Shown one piece after another: positions 1-15,519 of a stretch of 64,000 bases of DNA. Each line of letters opens with the position of its first letter. Position 1 is the first letter of the stretch. The stretch is from the NCBI GenBank assembly GCA_907165135.1, contig OU015569.1:11594001-11658000 (forward strand). The letters are read 5' to 3'. The notes beneath the pieces are model-generated. The model had not been told where the DNA came from and searched no databases. It was given only the letters and a program-made list of their open reading frames with translations. The DNA is from Oikopleura dioica (lineage: Eukaryota; Animalia; Chordata). A program made the translations under genes and the position numbers.

Positions 1-1995
1 GATAAGGGAAAAACTCCCGGCCGAGAAGAAACTCGTCCAGGAGTGTCTCAAAGAGCAGGACCAAAATTTCACCGAAAAATCAACTGTAAGTCTTCAATCA
101 GTCTTAACAATAGAGTTTGTACTGTAGCCTTTGTGAAATACTCTTTCGATCAAAATTATAAAGAAAAACTCGTCAAAAAGTACTTGGAAAATTCAGCTTT
201 TTGAGAATTTAGGGTGGTCCTTGTTGTCTTCAATTTGATTACTCAAAGAATTGAAAAGTTATCAACTTTCTTCTAGTACGATGAATTCACCGCTGCCGTC
301 AAAGACATCCGAGAAAAAATCGACGCCGGTAACTTGCGCATGATTTTCGCCTGGCTGCAAGAAAAGGCAGAAAGGATAGCCCAGAAGCAGGTACGGTCTG
401 CTAGTTGTGTCACTAACAGTAGGAGATCTAAGTGGGAGCTTCGGCGGGAGGCGAAACAGTCCGACTTTTTTACAACTGACGTAGTTTTGATAATCGATTA
501 TTTCAGGGCGGCAAAACGTACAAAAAGGAACAGGCTCTGAAGAAGAAGCTTCAGGACGACGGTCTGATCGGCAAGCGCTGGGAAGAACACAAAAAAGACG
601 TGCTCGAGCTGGACGAGGCTGATGGACTCACCGAAGAAGTTGTTCAGGGAATATTTAACGGATACGATTCGGTCGAGTCGGACACCGAGTTCCCCAAAGC
701 GCCGCCCAAGAAAGCAGGTTTGTTCAATTCCACTTCGTTTGAATTTTAATTAAACAATATATAAAGATCCTACTCCTATTTTCATCGACTCCGGAGAAGA
801 CGTAATCTCACTGGCCTCGTCTGGCTCGCCCGAGAAAAAGACGTCGCCGAAGAAGGACAGAAGCACTCGCAAAAGAGAAACCAGGTAATTAACCAGCCAA
901 AACTTGACAAAGAGTACCGAAATTCCGATCTCTGAATAACTAAATTTCTAGTCAGTCAAATAAATAGCACAGTCCAAGATGCTTAGAAACATTTATTGCT
1001 AAAAATCGAGAAGCCGCTTGCGGCTTCGGGCAAAAATCTACGTTTAAGCCGCACTTTGCGCGGCTCTTTTTTACTTGAGCTCAAAGCCGATTTTTCAATT
1101 CGAGCAGAATTCCGGTTCTAATTTAAAACATTAGGAGTGTTTCGTCCGAATCTTCGCCAAGGAAGCGGAAGCGCTCGCGGAGCTCCTCAGATGAGCGCCG
1201 CTCAAAGAAGAAAAAAGAGAAAAGGGAGAAAAAAGAGCGAAAGCGCGAAAACAAAGAAAAAAAACACAAACGCGAAAGATCATACGACGAGGACTCGGAA
1301 CGGAGGAACAACTACAACTCGGACGAAAATGAGGAAGAAGAAAAAGAAGTGGCTCTCTCGTCGCCGCAGCCGAAGAGAAGGGTCGAAATCAGAAGGGTTC
1401 TTGAGCCAGAAGATCACTCCGACAATGACACCTCGAAGAAAAAGGTAATTGTTGAGCGTCCTTCAATTTTTTACAGAAATTTTTCCAAAGATATTTTCGT
1501 TTTCGTCCAAAATTTTGGATAAATAGAGTCCTCACCAATTAGTCTTCTTTTTTTATTACTGCCTAGTTTAATTACCCTCTGATCAGCTGGCGAGTGGCAA
1601 CATTGTTTTATCGTGAAGTGAAATGACTCATTCCAGAAACATGAGTCATTTCATTTTTCGATCTTTTAATCTCGTATTAGCGCGCTACTTAAAAAGCCCT
1701 GTACTGTAAAATCTTATTTATTGGATTCCATTTCTAATTCAAAAATTGAAACACTCATTTTTTTTCTTAATTTTTTAGTTTGTTGAAAAAAAGCTTCCGC
1801 TCGGAGCTTATTTCAAATTTCGCGCATTATCGCGAAAAAGATAAATCGATCCAAAATTTAAATTTTTCGCATTTTCAAGAAGAAATAAAAAAAATAATGT
1901 CTCTTTTTTTCAAGAAATCGAAGAAGGAAAAGAAGAAAAAAGAGAAGAAGGAGAAAAAATCCAGAAGACGAAATTACTCGAGCTATTCTGACTGA
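1..1995 (+). CDS. PRPF40: PRP40-like FF-domain splicing factor, 3' part (multi-exon, 5' end outside window)
   Basis: Spliced GT-AG exons read ...YDEFTAAVKDIREKIDAGNLRMIFAWLQEKAE...KRWEEHKK, resembling the PRPF40A FF repeats (DAGNIKLAFNSLLEKAE). A K/R/S/D-rich tail follows and ends NYSSYSD* at 1995. Confidence 0.7.
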
Positions 1996-2230
1996 AGTCA
2001 AAAATGATGACAAAAACTCTTTGAACTGATTTAATACTGTAACTTGAATTTTGAATGTACAGTCAACTATCCGTTCCCGCCGCTGGATTCTGTCTCGAAT
2101 ACTCCGCGACTACTGCCCTTTTCAACTTTGAAACATGAAATCTAGCTGAATCTAGCTTTTAAAATATCATCTATTCACTAATTTTAAACTTCAACGCCTT
2201 TTTCATCGAAAACTTATTTCAGAGAACGTC

Positions 2231-4617
<2,387 letters not shown>

Positions 4618-6200
4618 CCGTGTTAAATCAGTTTTAACTTGTGTCCTGTTCGCCCTAAGTTCTCCAATCTAAGTTATTTTCTACTCTTCACCTAACTAGT
4701 TAGTAGGGGCTGTAAAAGAGAGAACAGTTTAAACTCGAATCATCGAAATTTGCCGAATTGTTTCTGGCAGTAACTTAGACCAAGAAAAAAAACATAAACG
4801 ACTCATCAAAAATTAAACTACTAAAGTTCTCCTGCTAAAGTTAAACTCGACATCTCCTCCTCCTCTCATCTCCTGCGTTACTTTTGCGTATTCCCGTTCT
4901 ATTTCGTTTTTTGTTAGAGAAACTTGTAATAATAACTTCTTCCCGCGGCAGTTGCTCTGAACTGAATCCATCTCCATCCATTTTTGTGAATTGAAAAATG
5001 AAAAACTGTTTCTTTTTAACTATTGCTCTGCCCCGCTTCTTACCCTGCCCTGTACCACCACCGAGCGGTTACTCCTCCTCTTGACCTCATCTCGACCGGC
5101 CAAAATCTCAACTTGGCCGAAAAAGGGGAAAAAGGCCTCCAAAATCGCTTTTTTAAATTTTGAGAAATACTTTCTTGACTTAAAAATGCCCTGTTTTGAA
5201 CTTGAAAAAAGCCTGAACCCGACAGATTTATTAGACTTGTTAACAATTTTTGAAACTGATCGAAAAGATCGGTCCCTTCCTATCCCACCACTGCTGGAGG
5301 AGTCAACACTCCTCCATCAGATAAACCAGGTCCTATGTTGGCTACTTATTGCTCTGGCGCAGACTACTTTGGCTCTTTCCTGTAAAATATTAAATTATTG
5401 ACTCAATTGTACTATACTCTATTCTCTTTCTCGCCAGAAAGCAAAAGAGCGAGCATAAGGCCGGGTACGTAATCGTGCAAGCCCGTGCGTACCCTAGAAC
5501 CTACTCAAGAATCCACTTTCGAGTACGTCCAGTCAGGCTTCTCTGTTATTACTGTACAAGCGGCCTGCCTGCGCGCTACTCGAGACAGTAAAAAAAAACT
5601 CGAAAGAGAACTCGCTCTTCGAGTGCCAAATCGGTGCCCAACTCCAACGGCTAGTAACTGGCACAGTATCTGACTCAAGCGAAAACGACAAAAATGTAAA
5701 TTCACGCGCGCAGAGCCAGCTACTGCGCTCAAAGTTGGAGTCGCACCGAAAACCCCACGAGCGGCGCCGTTTCCAAGAACGCTCTCGTGCCCCGCTTCAA
5801 CTCCCACCGTCCCGCAATTTACCTCAAATTGTACCCGCTATGAGAATAGCCAATTTAATTTAAGAGCAATCGAACTCGTCTTATTTATTATTATTTACCA
5901 TTACTGAATTTATGAAGAACGCGTATTTATTCCTTTTTGACTATTAGTGTGCCCTTGGCTTCCTTTCTTAGAATTCCGATAACTGTTAGCTTCTATTTCC
6001 ATTATTACTATTATTTTATCATTATTTAGTAAGTAACTTAGTGACCGATTATTACTCCCCTGCTTATTTTCTCGAACAAATCAAATTGTGTACTCTTTCT
6101 CAAAGCACCCTCAAGTGGTTAATAAAAAGACTGAGTGGGAAAAACAGCTTTTCGACGGGATCAAAGCCATTTTGATTTTGTTGATCATGTTTCATTTATT

Positions 6201-7693
6201 TCATTCATAGTCTCGATCATCGGCATATCCGCCGTAGTTGGCAGCAGGAACAGGATTTACGTAATCGCCTTGTTGGCTCAGCCTGGTTGTCAGGATTTCG
6301 TTTTGTTTCATCAGTTCCTATTTTTTCAAGCAAATTTAGCGACAAAAGATGAAGCTATCTTGCCTTATTTTGATTCTTGATCATCAGAAGTTCTTGCTGC
6401 AGAAGCTCAATGTCCGAGTTCTGTTCCGAATGATCTTTTAGGAAGACAGGTTTGATTCCTAGATCGAGTTGGTGAATAATCGGCTTGAGAACAGGGTCAT
6501 CTTTCATCAGGCAGGCATTGGGAATTCGTTTGTCAGGATCGCGAAGAATGCAGTTTGAAACAAGAGGATCTAGGCCGTTTTCTAGCTTTTCTGGTCTTCT
6601 TTTGTAATGCTCGAAATACTTGACTAAAGAACTTGAAATTCGAATGTTTCGATTCCGCGAAAAACTTACGTCGCTCTTCCAAGTTTTTGCCGCCAAAAGG
6701 ATGATATCCACTCGAAATGTAAGAAATGCAAACGCCGACCGTCCAACTATCCGCTGAAAACGTCAACTTTTGCATTTCCTGGCTGCTCTCTGGTGCTCTG
6801 TCGAAGTTGTAAATGTATCTCAACCTCCTGTTTCCCGACGATTGTCCGTTCTTTTTCTTCGAGGAGTAGCGAAACTTGGCCGTTTTTGTTTTTTGGTACA
6901 TCATGGTTCCTTCGATTTGCTTCGCGCTCGAGAAGTCGCCGAGTTTTATCTGAATCCTTCTAGCTGCTGATTTAATGGACTGTAACTCACGGAAAGGTTA
7001 TCGTTCTTGACCCAAATGTTCGCCGGAGATATACCACGATGGACGACATTTCTGCTGTGGCAAAAAGAGACGGCGGAAACAAGCTTGAAAAAAATATCAA
7101 AGAAGATGAAGCGTTGAAACTGCACCTGAGCGCACATGATGTGTCCTTCTCGATCTGACAGCTTCTGGTCTTAACAGTATCTCTTTTGACTACGGCTTGA
7201 AAAATGCCCCTTACTTTTCGCAGTTTTCTCATCGAGGAAATCTTCTAGCAGTGGCCCGTTGACTTGCTCGGTGACGATGCATTTGATCGTATCGACGAAG
7301 GAGTTTCCGTACTCAAAGAGCTCCATGAAACGAACGATAAAGGGACTCCCTTAATTTCAGTTAGGAAATCGAGGGTCGAGAAAAATATTACCTTCGAGAA
7401 TAAATGTCAATTCCGCCTCATTTTGAGCAGTTTTGAAGTCATTTTGATGGCAAATCGGGATCGCCTTGATTCTCACTTTCTGATTTGGCCCTTATTGAAA
7501 GATTAATTAAGAAAAAAGAACTTCAACGGACTTGTCTTGTCTTCGCAAATGTAAACCATCCTTGGCTCATGTTCGTAAATTGTCTGAAAATATTCGTTCT
7601 CTTTCTCTGTTTTCGGAATTATTTTTGAGTCACCTCAATAATTTTGAATTTTCCATTTTCCCCAAGCTCAGTTGGTTCGCCGTCATCCGACAT
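6201..7693 (-). CDS. CAMK-like pseudokinase (multi-exon)
   Basis: Spliced product MSDDGE...KVRIKA...SPFIVRF...LVSAVSFCHSRNVVHRGISPANIWV...IKLGDFSSA...RAPE...ADSWTVG...YADDRDYE*. The last intron (6318-6363) is GC-AG. Confidence 0.8.
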
Positions 7694-7822
7694 TTTTTTC
7701 TTTTGCTTTTAGAATATTTTCTTTCGCTCGAATGGCAGCCTCATACTTTTATGCAAATAATGACGAGCTCAAAGACAAATTTGCACTATCGCTATAAAAA
7801 ATTGCTTTACTGGATGCATTTG

Positions 7823-7963
7823 CTGGGCTCAGCAACCTCTGCGAAAAAAACCTGAGTCAGGGTCTGAAAGATCTTTAATAAAAAGCCGCGTTCTTTTAAA
7901 AACGAAGCCGCGAAAGAGCTTTGCATAATTCTATTTTCAACCTATTTTTCAGATCCTGACTCA
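7823..7963. mobile_element. MITE family A copy (GGGCTC...CCTGAGTCAGG...AAGCCGC)
   Basis: Shares CTGGGCTC, AAACCTGAGTCAGGG and AAAAGCCGCG with the 15281-15519 copy; inverted CCTGACTCAG at 7955-7964. Confidence 0.65.
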
Positions 7964-8601
7964 GAATATTAGATTGCGTGATCATCGTTTTCTGGGGCGC
8001 AAGAAGAATAAAGCAAAGACCTTACTTAGTAAAGTAGTAAAAAAGTCGTCTCAAAGCCAAAAGTCGTTAGTTTGTCCGCCGGGAATCAGGCTTGATATTT
8101 TACCGCGTTTCAGCATAATTTTGCTACTTCTCAGCAATAAAATCACGAGATAGAAACGATGATAAAAATTGATTAGCTTTTCATGCATTTTCAAATGAAA
8201 GACGAGCAAAAGCCTTATGTTATTTGAGGCATAGTGCATTATCAATTTGAATTAACTCTATTGGGATTAGCTTAGTACGTTCGAATGTTTAAGTCTAGAA
8301 CGCGCAATAAATTTCTGAGCAATTTCATCACAAAGATGTTATTTTCTTTGACACCCGGTAAATAAAACGCAAAATTAATAGATCAATAAAGTAATATCTA
8401 ACGTGCCGACCGGAAGAGAATAAATGGTACACCATTACTTGAAACACACTTGACATTGGTGGTTACTCCAGAGCGGCAATTACTACTACTAATACTTTTC
8501 GCTAAACTTTCTCGTGGTTTACTTTTGATGGTGGCAACTTCGCTAAAAATGCGTCGGAATGGCGAATTAAGCTTCGCTCCTCCGGTCAAAAGAGAATCAT
8601 T

Positions 8602-8638
8602 TAACCCTAACCCAAACCCTAACCAAAACCCTAACCCA
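8602..8638. repeat. Short degenerate telomere-like (CCCTAA)n tract
   Basis: ttaaccctaacccaaaccctaaccaaaaccctaaccc, about 4 imperfect units. Confidence 0.5.
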
Positions 8639-8899
8639 ATTATGGAACGGTCCCCTAAAGAATCATGTCTTATACAGTCTTTCTTTATAAAGATATTATT
8701 TCCAACCTAGTTTTCTGCCAGTTTTATGGGATTGTTTTTGAGTTTAGTTAATTTCGTAATTCGGAAAATAACGCAGAGTGAAGATTATAGGTGGTGCTCT
8801 TTTACGGTTTTTGCGAGGCGATTCGGTATAAAATCAAGCGCAGGCGAAACCTTCTTCGTTACTTTTAGTGAACCATCGAAAATGTTCGGTTTTGATAGT

Positions 8900-11787
8900 A
8901 TGGGGGTCGCCGATCCCACAGTTGGCGAAAAAATGCCGGACAGTGAGCTGTATTTTAGCGACTCGGACGACTACGATACTGATGATTCTGTAAGTAAAAC
9001 TAGCATGAATTCCATCTGATTTCATTACGATAGATTTACGACGAGGAAGAAGATCTCGGACGACAGCTAAAAGATATTCTTCAAAATGTCGGTACTGGAG
9101 GAGATTTTTCCGCATCGTATGTCAACGAGGTCCAGCAATGGAGAGATGAGGCCGCTGTCGCCTGTCTCGACGCTCACAATGAAAAACGAGCTCTTCACGA
9201 GGACACAAACCCCCTGAAGCTCTGCAACATCCTCACGGAGCAAGCGCAAAAGGCCGTCGATTATCTCGCGCAGAATGATATATTCGACCACTTGGATATG
9301 TTTATGGACTCGCCGTAATAAAATTTAAAGCGTACTATCAATTGAACTATTATTAGTTACCAGCGCAGCGGCGAGAACCTCTACTGCTCTTGGGGTGGAA
9401 ACTACAACAACGCTGATGCGTACAAAAAAAACGGTGTAAATGCGTTGACAAGCTGGTACAAGGAGATCAAGAACTACGACTATGCAACTCAAAAAAAGAT
9501 CGATCCTGCAGGTTGCGCGATCGGCCATTTCACCCAGGCTGTTTGGGCGAAGACGACGAAAGTCGGCTTCGGAATCGCCGTGTCTCCGAAAGGCAAGATG
9601 TTCGGTAAAAAATGACTAAGTTGATAGAAGACCATCATTTTTCTTTAGTTTTATGCCGATATTTCCCCGCTGGCAACATCACCAATGCTGGATACTTCGC
9701 CGCTAATGTCAAGGCACTCGCTAGCGCTCCATCCGCTCCGCCAGCAGCGCCGCAAAAGTCTGAGGAAGAGCTCAAGGCTGAGAGGTTAGCACGTAGGGAA
9801 TGCAATCGCGAGAAACGCCAGGCGCAAAAATGCGCGAAAATGCTTGCAAAAGAAGCCGCTCAAAAGGAGAAGGACGCCAAAGAAGCGGAAAAAGCTGCTG
9901 CTGAGTTCAAAGCGGACGCCGTTGCTCCCGTATCTGGATCGATCAATTTGCAAGCGGAAAGTTTCTTCCAGCAAATCTCATCTGGCAACTGGTTCGTCAA
10001 GATGTACTCGCCTTACTGTCCACCCTGCAAGCAAATGGCTCCTGATTGGGAAACTCTTGCTGACAATCTACGTGCTGAAGGATATCTGACCAACATTGGT
10101 TCTTTGGACTGTTCAAAATACAGCGGAGCGTTGTGCGAGGTAATCAGCAAGACCGGCCTCCGATACTTTCCATCGCTGTTCATCTTCAAAGACGGCGAAA
10201 AGGTCGGTGACCATGGAATGAGATCTCGAAGCTTAGAATCTTTGACTGCTGCAGTGAAAAAAGCCTTTCCTGAAGATGCACCTCGCCCTAAAGCTGAATC
10301 AACTGATGCTGGAGCAGGGTGCTCTGCTAAAAATGATCCAGCGCCAGCTACATGTGCTCCCGGAGATCCCTCTTGCAACGCCATCCATAACGGATTCAAG
10401 GAGAACCCGCTTAAAGACCGAGTTATGACTTCCTCAACATTATGTGAGATAAAGGACAAAGTAGGAGCCAGATATATGAGAGACGGTTTGATCAAGTGGG
10501 AGCACGACGATACAGTCGGTTACGAGAAGCTTCAAATAAGCAGAGTCAAGGATATCTACATGGCCGTCAAACTCGATGTCAAAAAGACCAGAGGCCAGAT
10601 CTATTACAAGATGAAAATCAACGACGCCATCAACATCAACAACGTGAAGCCCTCAATTTTCGTATTATCTTGGACAACAAACAAAACTCTCGGGAGAGGC
10701 TACGTCAAGTACGACGAAGTCGACTTTGTCCCAGGAAAATGGGTTTGGGTCAGAGTTGGGGCCAACGCAAACAACTCGGATCCGCTTTACGTAGAAGTGG
10801 ACGGAGAGGATACTCTTTCGATTCAGTGGAACAGTTGGAATAACGCCGAATTCCGAGATATGGCTTGGGGAGGCGTCGCAGTTGTCGAAGATGAAAAAGC
10901 GCCACCAGCAGCGAAGCCCGAGCCATCTTGCGACCCGAGCGATCCAAAGTGCAATGCGAAAGATGCCAAATCAGCTAATGCTGACTGTGCTAATGGAGCA
11001 TGCGCTCTCACTGGCGAATGCGACCCTAACGATCCTGATTGCATCGAAGAAGCTGCTGATGCCAAATCCGGAGTTATTCGATTTAAAGATGTAAAGTGAG
11101 TCTTAACCTAGCCAAACGTATTTTAAATTTTTCAATTTTTCAAGTAAAAAACCTGTCATTGTTCTTCGAAAAGAGCACAGTCCTGACGTCGATGCGCCTA
11201 TCTTGAAAATCATGAGAGCCCTCGATCAATACAAAGTGTCGATCGAAGTTTTCTGGAAACCATCTTACTCACGAGGTAAAAAACCTTATTTGCGGCAGCT
11301 CTGAAATTCATATTTACAGGATGGAAAACGGTTGCTTCGTTGAACGACGAGTTCCCTGGAGCCACTGGCTATTGGTGGTCAATTTACGAAAGCCCAAATA
11401 ACTCCCACATCAACCTCACCAGAGATAAACCCGGAAAAGGAGGTCACAAAAGCACCACTACGAATAAGAGGTACGAGTTTCTTTAATTATAAATTATTAT
11501 TGTGAATTATTCAGTCTCAAATTCGACGACTGGAACTTGATCGAGTTCGTTCAAACCAAAACTAGCGACAATTCTTACAAACAGGTCTGGCTCATCAACG
11601 GCGAAGAAGTCGAGAACCACCCTATCGTTGGAGCAGGACCAAAACCCTGGCAAGGTTTGCCGAAAATATTTTTAGATACATGTTTATTTTATTCCATTCA
11701 GGTCTCGTCCAAGCTCGACTTAGATGTATATCGTACGCTCCTGCTACTCAAATGAAAGTACGAAACTGGGTCTACTCAAAACTCTAA
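8900..11787 (+). CDS. Multidomain CAP/SCP + thioredoxin (CPPC) + Cys-rich repeats + two beta-rich domains
   Basis: CAP motifs HNEKRA, SGENLY, SWYKEI, GHFTQAVW, VLCRYFPAGN; thioredoxin WFVKMYSPYCPPCK; C-D-P-x-D-P-x-C repeats; canonical introns to stop at 11785-11787. The start could be the in-frame ATG at 8726. Confidence 0.85.
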
Positions 11788-12754
11788 ATTCTTTTTTCCT
11801 GACCGTTCTCTTTTCTGATCAAGTTCTTAGTTCACTCAATCCATTTCCCTCAATGCATGTTCAAATAAATTCCTCTTCAATTCAAATATGACAAATACCC
11901 TTCCTAAAATAACTTACTACAGAACGTTCTCATCTGGAAACTGCAAGAAAATAAGACAAAAAATTGACAAAGAAGATTTTGAAAAGTGCATTTTCGATCC
12001 TTTCAAAATCTGGCGCGAGATAATGGTGGATATAGTTTATTGAAATTGATTTTATTCAGGAATCGCCTCAGTATCCCAATATCTGGAAGTTTTCTTTCTT
12101 TTGAAGTTGATTGCTCTCTTTTTGAGCATCGGAATGTCCAGAAACTCTGGGGCCGATGCTTTCGAACAGCCGAGTCGTTTCTCACTAAAAATATTCGGTT
12201 ACAAAAAGAAACTCTTCCTTGATTGCAAAAACGTCAAGAACTTACCTAAATTTGGTTGTCGCGCGGACCCGAAAAGTTCGGGAACTGATCAGCTCTGGTA
12301 AAAAAGGCCTGATAACGACAACAATTCTAGAGACAACTCTAAAACTTGAAAACATACTAATTCGACTTTCAAACGAATTCGAGCTAAGTAAGTTCTATTG
12401 AAGCTGATTTTACTGGAATTTAAAAAACTACTGATTTCAAAACAACCGATTTTGCTCTCTTCCATGATTTCAAAAACAACGAAAATGACGTTTCGCAAAA
12501 TGTATTCGAAAAAAAAAGTAAGTATAATACAGAAAAGATAGTGTTTTTTTACAGAAAGTATCGCAAGCAGAGTGCGCATCTTCAGCAGATAGTAGTAATG
12601 GTGGTTCGCGGTTGTGTGTTCTTAGGTCTGTACAGAAGTGGATTGGCGTTTACCTGATCGATCATTGGCTCGATCTATGGTAACTTTGTTGTTTGCGGAG
12701 ACTGCGTATTTGGGCGCTGGCGTGTCTTGTAGGGTCTTTTTGCTTTGATTCAAT

Positions 12755-14811
12755 TTATTGCTGGCTGGGGAAGGCCATCGGGTTGAAGAGCGAGTGCTTC
12801 ATCAGTTGCTCGGCGTTTTCGCGGTTGACGGATCCGTCCTTCAGGCTTCGGTAGCCGACGACGACGGGTCGCCACTCGACCACGGGCACCATGTCAGAAT
12901 CGCCACTGCCGTTGGCGGCGACTCCCTGCGCGTGCACTGCCGGACTGCTTTCTTGTCCTCGCCCTAAATCTACAGTTAGCAATACTGTCGCAACTGCACA
13001 TGCTCGCGAAGGAGGCAAGTGCGAATGTTCAAGATGCTCTACCGAGTCGTCGCCAGAGGTATTCTCGCTCGCTTCTCAGATTCTCCCAGTGCGCTGCTCC
13101 GCCCGCGGCCTGGCGTAATTCGTCAAGAGCACTACAAATATACAGTTAGATTTAGTTGAAGAAGATCATAAACAAGAAGGTTTAAAGTAAGGCTCCAACG
13201 GGAGTTTCGAGCCAATCAAAAGCCAGTACTGTTCGTTTTACCCAATCAAAAACGATGAATCTAATGTTTACCTTGTGGGATTGATTCTAGCATTGTCGCG
13301 GATGCCTGGGTAGACGATGATTTTGCCATTGGTGTCTCGAACTCGTTTGGTTTGAGTAATGTCGATTGGCAGATGATTGTCGCGGTTGTGTCTTTTGGAT
13401 GGAGTGTAAACTGGCGAGTCGTCGACCTCGAAGGGGCGGTAGAATTTTGGTCGCTTTTCTTTCTCGACAATGGCGCCGGAGTCGTCGGAGCCCGAGTTGG
13501 TGGCTTCTTCTTCGGAGGAGTTCTCGAGCGACTTGTGGTTTGGCGAACCGTGGCCGGAGTCGGAGTGGGCCTGGGATGGCGAATCACCCTCGCCGCAGCT
13601 GTTGCCACAGGAGTTGCCGCAGGAGTTGAGCTCGGAGGCGGATGGGTGTTCGTCGCAGACCTCGATTTCGACATCTTCTTGTTCGTCTGGCTCGTTTCCT
13701 TGTCCGACGAATGGGAGACCGGCTGGCACTTCGTAGTGCTCTTTCTTGATGAGTTCGCTGTTGTTGTTGTTGATGCTGGGCTCTGGTTGTTTGGCGGCGG
13801 CGCCGGAGATGTTCTCGCGCTCGTGGATGAGCTTGTGCTGCTTGAGGGTGAAGCTGCGGCGGAAGGTCTTGTGGCAAATGTCGCATTCGAAGGCTTTGAC
13901 TTTCGTGTGTGTTTTCTGGTGACTCTTCAAGTTGGAGATTTGGCAGAAAGCGCGTCCGCAGACATTGCATTTGTAGGGTTTCTCTCCTGAAATTTCGTTA
14001 GAGAGGAAAAGGGAGAAAGAAAAGTTACCTGTATGAATTCGGATGTGTTCTTTCAAGTGCTGGGCGAGTCGAAATCGCTTGTGGCAGTAATGGCAGCCAA
14101 AGGGCCGTTCGTCAGTGTGGATCATCTGATGGCGGTGGAGGTTCTCCAGGAGGGTAAATCGACGTCCGCATGTTTCGCACTGGTGGGGGCGGGTTTCGTT
14201 ACCTAGATTACCGAATTAGGGTTGATCGGACAGAGGAGTTCTTTACCGTCAGTGTTGTGGGTGAGCTTGTGCTTCTCGAGCTCGTCTTTGGTCTTGAAGA
14301 GGCGTCCGCAGCCTTGGCACTGGTGCTGGTGGTCGGCGCGGTGACAGGCCTAGAGATGAGCGATTAGAAAATAGAAAGCAGCGTTGCATAATCGCTAGTG
14401 TGGTAATCGCGGTGGTGCGCGCTGCCTTGCGCAACCCAGCGCCAGTAAAGCGCGGTGGAGTAATTTAGAAGGCGCCGCGGAAGATAGGGGATGATCGTTT
14501 TTGTTTTTTCTTTCTTACCTTGTGTTGCTCCAAGCTGGCCAAGTAGGAGTAGCCCCGGCCGCAAATGTCGCACACGTAGGGTTTGTCAGAGACGATCCCT
14601 TTCGGCTGGTTGAGTGGGGGCTGCTGCGGCTGTTGGCTCTGTTGCTGCTGCTGAAGAGCCATGTTCATGCTCTGGAGCTGGAAGTTGTTCATGCCCTGGA
14701 ATTGAGCATTGGAAAAACGGTCTTTTACTTTTTTAGTCTTACCGGAAAGGGCATCTGCGCGCCCTGCTGCTGGAGAAGGCGCGACTGTCCGAGCAGATTC
14801 AACAAGGACAT
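12755..14811 (-). CDS. C2H2 zinc-finger transcription factor (6 fingers, Q-rich N-terminus)
   Basis: Six CxxC..HxxxH fingers after splicing (YVCDIC, HQCQGC, HQCETC, FGCHYC, YKCNVC, FECDIC) with a TGEKP linker. Two extra 3' exons join in phase and end MAFPSQQ*. Confidence 0.88.
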
Positions 14812-15280
14812 TCTCTGTGTTTTTTTTGTGTTTTAGGGTCTCTGTCTGCGTCGTTTCTTATTTTTTTTCTTTTTTATAAAATACAAAAGTTTTCGATTTT
14901 CACGTTTTTTTCTTCTTGTTGCTTTTCGCCGTGCTGTGAAGTAAAATGTTCTGAGTTCCACGAATCCAGAGTTCCATGAACCGACTCTAATTCAGTTTTG
15001 ATGGCGCTCTGGAGGGGCTGCCGCGAGCGCCTCCACCAGCACCACCACCGCTCGCGAAGTTGAACATTGCGCAAATGTGAAGCTCCTTCTAATGGATTTA
15101 ACTAACTTCACGATGGCGCAGCAACGCGCCAAATAGAACGTGCTTTTCAACACGTTCCCTAATCAATCCAGCTAACCCTTTTACTTTTTGATAAAGACTC
15201 GTTATCAAACTCAGCATTCAAGGACGAAGAAAGCGCCATCCGGAGCTTTTCTGGCAATTTTTCAAGGAAACGGAGTTCTG

Positions 15281-15519
15281 GGCTCGACAACCTGAGAAGA
15301 AAACCTGAGTCAGGGTTCTAAAAGAGTAAACTGAAAAGCCGCGTAGCGGCTTTTTTGGTAAGAAGCCGCAAGGCGGCTTCGCTAGTTACAATAATTGATT
15401 GATTTGGTAACTTTGGCGAAGCCGCTTTGCGGCTTCGTTTTTAGAAAAAGCCGCTACGCGGCTTTTAATTTTACTCTTTTAAAACCCTGACTCAGGTTTT
15501 CTACTCAGGCTGCCGAGCC
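15281..15519. mobile_element. MITE family A, most complete copy (239 bp, long TIRs)
   Basis: Left arm ggctcgacaacctgagaagaaaacctgagtcagggttctaaaagagtaaa..aagccgcgtagcggc is the reverse complement of right arm gccgctacgcggctttt..tttactcttt..accctgactcaggttttctactcaggctgccgagcc. Confidence 0.85.

Noticed and set aside
5452-5830. GC-richer segment with a short inverted repeat (GGTGC..ACTCCAAC / GTTGGAGT.GCACC) as ncRNA or MITE
   Set aside because: The stem is short and imperfect, there is no TSD or second copy, and no RNA family is recognisable.
11986-12401. Overlapping short ORFs between the CAP gene and the zinc-finger 3' end
   Set aside because: No motifs, stops in all candidate frames, and nothing supportable beyond a possible relic.
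13352-13990. 212-aa plus-strand ORF and other antisense ORFs over the zinc-finger, histone, kinesin and BLTP2 exons
   Set aside because: These are shadow frames from codon bias on the opposite strand, with no motifs or splice support.
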